Below are positions 38,964 to 47,449 of a stretch of DNA of 47,449 bases, piece after piece (positions within the stretch are counted from its first letter, which is position 1; the number at the start of each line of letters is the position of its first letter). This stretch comes from Catajapyx aquilonaris. Lineage: Eukaryota. The DNA is taken from NCBI GenBank assembly GCA_000934665.2, contig JYFJ02003012.1, positions 1 to 47,449 of the forward strand. The letters run 5' to 3'. The position numbers were made by a program, and so were the translations under genes. Under the pieces are notes generated by a model. That model did no database searches, was not told the DNA's origin, and saw only the letters and a list, made by a program, of their open reading frames with translations.

Positions 38964-39953
38964 ATGAAGATATATGTTTGCCCCTACTGTACAGAACCGC
39001 AGACATTATTCTTACGAAAACGGATCCAGACAAGCTATGCATTCCTTCTGTAAAGGGGGGCGGTACAGACATGCAAAGTAGGCGGACCCAGTCTATGCGG
39101 ACGGAAAATACTTATAGTGCCCGATTTGCATGCATACCCAAGGTTAAAAGGGTACACTTGGCACTGAGCTACCATTATACCCATTTACTTATGCATCAAT
39201 ATCCGGATTCGCACTTACTTGAAGTCCTAGTGGAATCCGTGCTGAGATCCTTCTTAGCCATCGAGGAATTGTCATCAGTTGCATCCCTACACAGAGTCCT
39301 GCAGCACAAAGTCCTCGCAAACCGTTCCAACGTCTCCTGCAACGCTACCTTCTCCTGGTATCGGCAAAAGAAATCCGGCCGGATCCTATTCCTCTCCATA
39401 AACTCATCCCACGCCTGGATTCGTGCCCGGATTCTCTCCACCTGCTCCAGCACTTTCTTTTTCCCCAACACTCCATCCTCTTCATAAACCTCGTCCGGCA
39501 GAAGCACTTCCTTGGCCGGCATGTTGCGCACATGGTTCTATTCCCTCTGGGCATTGTTCATCGGCGGCCTGGGGGAAACGACCAAGCACCACATATTATA
39601 AACCCCCCCCCTCCAAATAAAAAAAAGGGGGACAAGAGGAGTGGAGGGTGGGGGGGAAGATGAAAGGTAAGATCCACCTCTTGTACACGATATTGGCCTC
39701 CCCAATACAGGTTTCCCGCGCCCTCCTCCTTACCCTTTTTTTTATATACTAGGTGGATGGATGGTACGCAAATTTTCACATCGAAAACCAGTGAAGCCCT
39801 CAAATGGACACTTGCAGGCCGGATGAGGTCCGTTTTTGTTGTGAGAAGGTTTGTCCTGGCAACACCACCACCAAAGTCACGTCGGCTCAACCCCCGTGAG
39901 AAACCCCCCCCCCCCCTCCACTCCACCTGTGTCCCCGCCTCTCTTCAACTACT
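38964..39953. mobile_element. possible Polinton/Maverick terminal remnant with two convergent decayed ORFs
   Basis: Minus-strand terminus AGTAGTTGAAGAGAGGCGGGG at 39953; G/C-run-rich subterminus; TATA-like motifs; ORF 39561-39196 (-) with one internal stop; RING-like remnant 38964-39147 (+). Confidence 0.4.
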
Positions 39954-41846
39954 TCACGTGACTGCCCCTCCACCTACAATCGTTGGCCATACCCTGTACA
40001 AAATGTGATCATCAAGTTCAAATTTCGGATCAATGGAGCAGAAGTTTATCAGACGATCTGCATCACATGAGGATATGTTGGACGTGTCTAGCATACCGTT
40101 GCTGCCAAGATGAATCGCGTGACAAGTTGTCGGCAGGTCTTTATGGGGATTAAGAAACTCGCGGAGCATTTTCCGCTTGGAGGGCGCCTTATGATTCAGA
40201 CGTGTTTCAAAAGTGTGCTGGTGGGAACCAAAACTGGTTGCAGTCCTGGCCAAAATCTGCAGGTCTAATATAAAATTTGGCGAATGCCGTTATTTACTGT
40301 CTTGAATTTTGGGGCGGAGGTGTCACAAAATGGCACGAATTCTTAAACAGTTATGGACGGTTTCCTTTCCAATATTACTTTCTGTCACATGTTCTAATAT
40401 AGTATGGTGGATTTTAAAAGTACCAGTACAAGAGCTGCAACAATCGTGCCCAGAAAAGGAACAGGATGGCAATTTATTAAAGGCTTCATCCTACTATATA
40501 TTTACATTGCATTAACATAGTCGACGTGGTATGAATCATTTAAAATATTTCAAGCGGTAAAGATCGGTCGCCTCCTGGAAGCATATCAACTACACTGAGC
40601 CATATTTAGACCTACAATTATTCCAAAATGGGAATGGCAAGGATTTCTTAATGTCAAAAATTGTTGGAATAATTGCAAAACACCGGTAGGTCAGCCAGTC
40701 TGATCAGTAACAGTAACGGGTCAGGCCTGTACTGACAACATACATCGCATGAATAACAACATCCTGCCGTCAGATCCATGCAGAAAAGCACATCGGAATT
40801 CAGGTGGGCAGATAAATTTAGCAGAGTGAAAATACAGGCAGCACTCTTGAGTGACAAGCCCGAAGCATTGTCTCGTCAGGAGTGGTTGAAAAAATGGCCG
40901 AGTCATGACACGTGCTCTGGAGTATACTAGCCATGAGGAGCTGCTTGGTTCCACTTGATCTCCGCTGCCACAACCAGCTTGCATCACAATCATCGGAGTC
41001 CAACTCTATAACGACACACCCGACCTCTAGTCCATTGCCTTGGCTTAACATATGTCATTCGGTATCGCAAACGCGATTAGAATCATTCGCACACGTGGGA
41101 TACAACCACCTACGATTTGGCTAAATTATTATCATTTTTACCAATTAAAACGAGCTACCTTTCCTAGCCGGAAAAATGTGCGAACATGTCTGTAGAAGTA
41201 TTTAGGATACCGGTATTCATTCGCCGATAGCCAGCTGACCAGTACCCTGGCATGAACGCCATTGTTAGGTACTACGCAATTATTCCTAATTATTGAGTCA
41301 CGAGTTGAATGGCTGCCACTCAAAAAATCTCATGAAGTACAGGAGGTTTAAAAAGAAGTGTCCAGATGGCAACTCTTACCTGACGTCCACCCACGTCGCT
41401 ATCTCCTAGCCTAATGATGTGACTCATGTGTGTATCAAGGAAGCAACCAAGCACTGCCACTTACAACCCCCTCACCTTCCCATCCCGCCTCTGATTCGGT
41501 GACGATATAAACTTGTTCCGCCCACCTGACGCTTCCTTTGTGGACTCCCTTCTTATAAAAGGAAAGAAAAAAAAAACTATGTTCAGCTACTTCATTGATC
41601 CTGCGGGCCGCGTTTGCAAGAATGTGTTGTCATGTTTATGGTTGCTGTATAATAAGGTCAAATTGTGAGAACACAGTTTTGCCTAATTACAGCTTGGAAG
41701 AGTTTAATTCTTGTGTAATTTAGTTGGATAAGTTTGAAATCTGAAACTTCTCGATATGTACCGATTATTTTTTTAAAGAATTTCATTTGGACTTTAGACA
41801 GAGCATGCAGTACAGCGCAGAATGTATGTACTGTAGTTATATATAC

Positions 41847-42506
41847 CAGGGGTCGAATCTTAAATTTTTGGTCCATGTGCAAAGTTTGCACTCCAAACTT
41901 TCATGTGGAGTACAAAGAATTACTTACTTGGAGTGCGTAATTTTTAATTACTGGATGTACGTATCAATGTTTAAAAGCAGGACTAACTGTGCACTCTAAG
42001 AAATTTCGAGTATTTTTCCACTCGTTTTGAGTGAAGATCAATATATCTTGAGTGATTTTCACTCAGAATGAGTACCATAACCCCCTGTAATGCCCCTTGG
42101 GTCATATCTGGCACACCATTTAGTGCAATTTGGCACTTACAGAAAATATAAAAATTGCAAAAATTGCAAAAATTGCACTAAATGGTGTGCCAGATATGAC
42201 CCAGGGGGCATTACTTAGATTAGTGGGCATTACAGGGTTTAAATCACTGAAAGAGTAGTCTTTCACTTATTTTCAACTCTTCTTTCGAGTAATATTCCAC
42301 TTGATTTGAGTTAAAGTAAATCTTTGCCAAGGGAAATTCACTCAAAAATAGCATTCTTCGAAAGTGCTCATTTCTTGAGTGAAATTTTCACTCGAAAAAT
42401 CTTAAGAGTGGAGTGAAAACGTTGCACTCCAAGTCTCAGTTTGGAGTGCAGATAACAATTTTGTATTGCAAATTGCACCTTTGCATCCGAATATTTCGAC
42501 TCCCTG
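41847..42506. mobile_element. hAT-like MITE (CAGGGGTCGAA...TTCGACTCCCTG) hosting a nested element
   Basis: Inverted termini, GCACTCCAA/TTGGAGTGC repeats, and ATATAC on both flanks (imperfect TSD). Confidence 0.6.
41992..42410. mobile_element. CACTA/EnSpm-like MITE (CACTCT..AAGA termini) with internal inverted repeat 42087-42214
   Basis: TIR CACTCTAAGAAATTTCGAGT versus ACTCGAAAAATCTTAAGAGTG; repeated GAGT..ACTC units. Confidence 0.6.
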
Positions 42507-42530
42507 ATATACTGTAGTTTCTACTGTATA

Positions 42531-43194
42531 CAGGGTGATCAAACTTTTTTGTCGTTTTAGTTATTGACAAATTCGGCCTAAGCTGCTTATATTGTAGCCC
42601 GTTCCCTGGCAACCCCGTCCGGCGGGCCAATTCAAACATCAGCCCATGGAGAGCGCTTTCATTGTTGCCACTGTTTACAAATCGAGTGAGTGAGTGCGCA
42701 GGCAGAAGAGACCCGTCGCTGGGTCGTCCAGCGTCACTCACTCGATTTGTAAACAGTGGCAACAATGGAAGCGCTCTTCATGGGCTGATGTTTGAATTGG
42801 CCAAAGAGTTCTGCTATTATATAATATAATATCTAGAGGAGGTACTCCCTATCCTTTTCCATTAGACAGGCTGAGGCAGCGGCCATCTTGTTGGAGGTAA
42901 TATTGTTGTTCTAACAGTTGTCTAGAAACTGGGACAACAACCAATAATGACAACTGGGCGACAATTAGTTCAATAATGTCAGGCATCCGCCATCTTGTTG
43001 GAGGTAATATTGTTGCCTGCATTGTTGCCTGCCTCACATTTCAGGCCGAGTACCTCCTCTAGGTGTATATATAATATAGCAGAACTCTTTGGAATTGGCC
43101 CGCCGGACGGGGTTGCCAGGTAACGGGCTACAATATAAGCAGCTTAGGCCGAATTTGTCAATAACTAAAATGACAAAAAAGTTTGATCACCCTG
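42531..43194. mobile_element. Tc1/mariner-type fold-back MITE
   Basis: TA|CAGGGTGATCAAAC ... GTTTGATCACCCTG|TA; near-identical arms of ~160 bp, the right arm split by an insertion. Confidence 0.88.
42802..43091. mobile_element. P-element-like MITE nested in the Tc1/mariner MITE
   Basis: TIR CAAAGAGTTCTGCTAT; exact 8 bp TSD GAATTGGC at 42794-42801 and 43092-43099. Confidence 0.8.
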
Positions 43195-44199
43195 TATATA
43201 CCGCTGTATTTCTAAAACATGTATATCGCGTGGGTATACAAGTGAAATCCACCTATAGTCCGAAAAACCAGTTTTGTGATAATCGAAGGCAAATATTTGA
43301 TCTTGCACTTGCCTCCATGCTAGTGATACAGAAAATCCTGTCTGGTTGACTTATTATGAATCTTTCTGACGAAATGAACTTCATCAGACGATAAAGAAGA
43401 AGAAAACGTTACTTGGAGCCGATTGTATGAACTGTGCTTAAGATTAACTGCGGAGTTAACAACAGATAACTCCGTAGTTATCTTTAAATCGTGTTCATAC
43501 AACCTTCCGTTATAGTCACTTAGTGGATCTCTCCCGTATGCCGACGACATGAACATGTACAGTTACAGTATGTGTGAAAGAGTTACTTTGCTGTCCTCCT
43601 CAGTTCAGTGACGTGCGAAACTTTTCAGAGCAGCATTGTAGATGACTGTATGGCACTGTACAAAGGAAGTGTTAACACCTTACAACTCGAACAAAAGACT
43701 GTCTATGCAGAAGATCTGACAATACACACTATCAGAATGACAGAATCACATTTCACTTTCGAGATATGAGGGGTTTGAAGCTCGAAGATTGCAATACTCT
43801 TTCGATATTAAAAAAGCTCTATACGGGCTAGGGGCCCTGTAATTTCTCCATCATGATAAATTTGAGTTGACTCTCATCAAGTACCCTTCGAGAATTGCAG
43901 GGAGCAATGCCTAAGTCAAAATGATTGTGACTGTGATTATTCTGCATTTCAGATCTACAGTTACCAATATATTTGTCCTTTGTTCAGTGTTGCAGCAATA
44001 TATCATAACAAATTAAAATAATGTAATATGTGTAAGGCACAAGTGATAATATTTATACTGTGTGTCTCGAATAATAAGCCCATACAAACGGTTCCGACTA
44101 GCCTCCCTATGCCCTCCCTCCTGCCGCTTTCTCTCCCTCTATACTGTTTTCATATTATGGCCGGAATCGTGGCGGCTCGCGTAAGTCTGCAGGGGCATA

Positions 44200-44980
44200 A
44201 ATTGTGACGTAACTCCCATACGGACGACGGACGCCATCGTGGTGAAAAGTTACGGGAGGCGCGCGATTGAAAACATCCTGTAAATCCACGGGACGTCTCG
44301 AGAGTCCATAGGACTTATGGGAGTGTTGGCTTTTTCAGGCCCCCAGGGAGTTTTGGTGGGGCAGGGTTTGCTTCAGGTTGCGGGGGAGAGTGCCCGGGGG
44401 AGGCATGGGGCTTGGGGCGGCCCCGGGACGGCCCGGGGGTCTTTTCGGATGTGACTTCCGTCAGGTCGGATTTTACATCGCCTCACCAACCAAATGCAAT
44501 GAAATCTTGTGGAGTGAGGACCGGGACGGATCGTGGCTGTGGGCGGACCGTGGCTAGGGGCGGCCCCGGGGCGGCCCGGGGCCACTTTGAATGTTGCGTT
44601 CTCAGTTCTGTAATGTCGGATTTATCATCACATCCCCAACCGAATGCAATGCAATGGTGTGGGGTGCCACCCAGGGGCAGCCCGAGGGCCAGTTTGGATG
44701 CTCTTTGTAGAGTCGGGAAGGACCGCCCGCCGGCCACATGGTTCACATTGCGCACCTAGGGCCCTGCGCCGATGATTGCCACCCAGCCACCGTACCCACC
44801 AACTTGACAGAGAAACCCCCACCCCCACCCTTGCCCCCACCTACACCACCTCACATATGCAACCCGCGCGAGAAGCCTGTTCCGGGATTGGCTGTTAGAG
44901 CCCATTGCGTCACGGATACCAGGCTTTGCAAGTGATATCTGGGGGTTGAGTCCGGCCGATTAAAGAGCCGATATGCTAGT
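44200..44980. mobile_element. GC-rich repeat with internal ~143 bp tandem units, ending CTAG|TT (Helitron/Helentron-like)
   Basis: Units begin GGGGCGGCCCCGGG at ~44414 and ~44557, with a partial third at ~44674. The left boundary is uncertain. Confidence 0.4.
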
Positions 44981-45148
44981 TCACCACGATGGACTTCTCC
45001 TTTAGATATAAGGCCCCTTTACCGGCCGCCATGTTTACAGGCGTCACGTGACTTGCAGGGACATACATGTGGGAGACACCGCGATTCCGGCCTATGACAG
45101 TTTACATTCTGGATGGACTATACCTTGTACAGCTAGTGATTAGAATGT

Positions 45149-45487
45149 GCGTGTTTTTTTTTACAGTACCCCATTCTCAGGCCTTGGGCCCTTTTTAGGG
45201 GAGTGGAATACCACTATTTTTGGAACCGTATAATATGATATTAATCATATTATTTAATTGTTCCCAGGGTAAGTAGGAGGGGATGTGCAAAGTGCAAGTG
45301 CAATGTCGCATATTGGTCATTTTGTGAACTCCCACGGGTGGATTAGTCGAGCGGAAATTTCCACCCGAGACGAAGCCAGAGATGGCCCAACTCTGCACGA
45401 GATGAAGGGGGGAACTCCAGGCTGGGATCGAACCCGGGACTTAACATCCGTGGGCGCGTGCGTTACCGCAGCCCCACTCCGACTCCC
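45149..45487 (-). mobile_element. tRNA-derived SINE, family A head with a different 3' tail (copy 3)
   Basis: Same head and core as 7673 and 10383; 12 bp TSD TGATTAGAATGT at 45137-45148 and 45488-45499; poly-A tail. Confidence 0.88.
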
Positions 45488-45720
45488 TGATTAGAATGTA
45501 TTACAACTACAGAAACTGACAGTGAGTTTGATGATGGTGTTCATACGTAATCACATATCCAATGTAAAATCCGTCTATCGCAATATGGTGAAGGCAAAGG
45601 ATGTTTACTGTACTTACTGTTAGTATCAGCAAATTAGCACTTGGATTCTATATAAATAAATTATTTTATGGAGCCCATCCAAAGAAAATGATCACATTTT
45701 TTTCTGTGCACTATAACTTA

Positions 45721-46315
45721 GGCTGGGTTCACACTAGGCGTTTTTGTCGCGCGACAAAAACGCCGCGACAAGTCGCTCAAAACAGGTCACATGCAAACTT
45801 ATGGGGCATGACACACCACGACTTGTTTCCTGCTTGGTCGTCGCAAAACGCAGCATGCTGCGTTTTTGCTGCCGCTACAAAGTCGCTGAAAACCTGAAAA
45901 CTGAACACATGGTCGCGTGAAAAGTGTGGGAAGTGGACTCTGGTTGCATCAGGGGAAGCATACCGGCAAGATGTTCGACACGGAGAGGATGAATCTACTT
46001 TCCTTGCAGGAACGGATAGTACTTTGGAAGACAGACGAAAAGGTATACGGCGATCGTGAAGCCAAGAGGAAGGCCCAATGTTCTCGCTCCCTTCCTTTTC
46101 TTTTCTTGGGGCGCGAAGCGACAGCAATGCAGACCAACTCGAGCACGTCCATCTTCTCTGGCATCTTCTGGTGTGCTGAGCGTGATCTGCGTTCACACTT
46201 GTCGCAGCGTTTTTGTCGCGGGAGAAAACGCCTAGTGTGAACCTCGTCAGGCGTCAGCGACGAAAACGCGGCAACAAAGTCGCCGGCGACAAAAACGCCT
46301 AGTGTGAACCCAGAT
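45721..46315. mobile_element. internally deleted Harbinger transposon
   Basis: TTA|GGCTGGGTTCACACTAGGCG TIR with inverted copies at the right. It contains a MADF-like N-terminus on + (MFDTERMNLLSLQERIVLWKTDEKVYGDREAKRKA) and a transposase-like N-terminus on - (MDVLELVCIAVASRPKKRKGREREHW). Confidence 0.8.
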
Positions 46316-47161
46316 GCATACCCTTTTTCAACACTCATGAATGCTTACCTGGGTGATAATTATGCAACCCTCATTACTTTTTAAATTGTTATCTTTCTAA
46401 TTAATTATTGTAACCAAAGCATAAGAGTCGTTCATGACTATGGCGAGTTAGAAGATATGCACATTTTGAATAAATAAAATTACACGTCTTATTGATTTTT
46501 GACAGAGCATTGGTGACCTTGAGGCCAGTTCAGTTTGAATCATTGGGTGATTCATCAGCTGGTATTCATTCATTCTAAGGTTAAAAGTCACCAACCATTA
46601 CTGGCATTTCTTATTGGAACACCCTGTATAGAGATGTCCTCTTTACCTTTTAATTATGAGTGGTTATATTATTTGTGACTCAAATGATCCACATAGACCC
46701 TTGCTCAGTTCTTTATACTTCTTCATCAAGCAACCATTTAAAAAGTTGGGAACTTCTATGACTGAATAGTACGGAGACTTTCTTAAATGCAAATTGATGA
46801 CACGTAGGTTAGTTGCTGCATGCATGATGTAATTTGTGACATTGTCGCATGTCGAAAATTTAACAATTAAAAATAATAACCAATTCCCACCATAGAGTGC
46901 TAACATATAACCAGAAACTAAAAACCAACATTGGCAACACTGCTAACAGAGACCTAGGTTCACGTCACTAGGTAACAAATTTTGTTTATTCCATTTCTTT
47001 TCGGTCTAGCTTTACAAGCAAAATTTTAGTGAAGTCATCAAATCTATTCAAAAAATGGACCAATCCAAGTCCATCCCAACCCAGTGCATCATTTGCGGCC
47101 GCATACCCGTAAGACACTCTTGATAAGACTTGTTAAGAAACACTGACTCTCCTAGAATAAG

Positions 47162-47449
47162 TTTTTATTTTTATACCCCGTGATAGGGCCATAGGCCCTT
47201 ATAGGAGGGTGGAATACCACCATTTTTCCTTCAATTTTATATTTTTCTTCTAACTCCGGTGCAAGGGTAAGGGTAGGGATTTTTGGGGAGGGAACATAGG
47301 TACAGTACCTAAAATTGCATAGTATGCCAAGCGCAGCTTTCCTTGAGCCCCCAAAAAGTTGAAAATCCGCCAGGTGGCACTGCGATCGACAGGATTGCTA
47401 CTCCTGCCATTACGCCTTATGGGGAAGAGCGGTTCTCCACGCCTATTTC
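47162..47449 (-). mobile_element. 3' end of a retroelement (LINE-like), cut off by the window edge
   Basis: Tail TGGTGGTATTCCACCCTCCTATAAGGGCCTATGGCCCT..GGGGTATAAAAA is shared with two SINEs. The upstream remnant (NR)..WRTALPHKA* resembles an RTE-type ORF end. Confidence 0.5.

Noticed and set aside
40000..41130. Several overlapping 70-100 aa ORFs with coding-like composition
   Set aside because: No frame gave a recognisable motif or consistent splice sites, so I cannot support a call without a search.

Overview
Eukaryotic genomic DNA, probably from an insect or other arthropod; it is not prokaryotic. The one clear host gene is the 5' half of the unconventional myosin dachs (Fat/Hippo pathway) on the minus strand. 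Nine coding exons were reconstructed with GT-AG boundaries and consistent phases, from ATG 27276 down to 1382, and the gene continues past the left edge. A candidate alternative first coding exon (21333-21462) lies in the 15.6 kb first intron. The introns and the 20 kb upstream are dense with mobile-element debris: tRNA-derived SINEs (three with target-site duplications, TSDs), piggyBac-, pogo/Tigger-, Tc1/mariner-, Harbinger-, P-, hAT- and CACTA-like non-autonomous elements (several nested), a decayed pogo transposase, a possible Polinton/Maverick end with two decayed genes, and several near-loopless palindromes. Most entries in the ORF track are spurious. I found no unequivocal new biological system. 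The best leads are the alternative dachs N-terminus, an inverted SINE pair around exon 3, a 3' tail shared by two SINE families and a LINE-like end, and the Polinton-like remnant.
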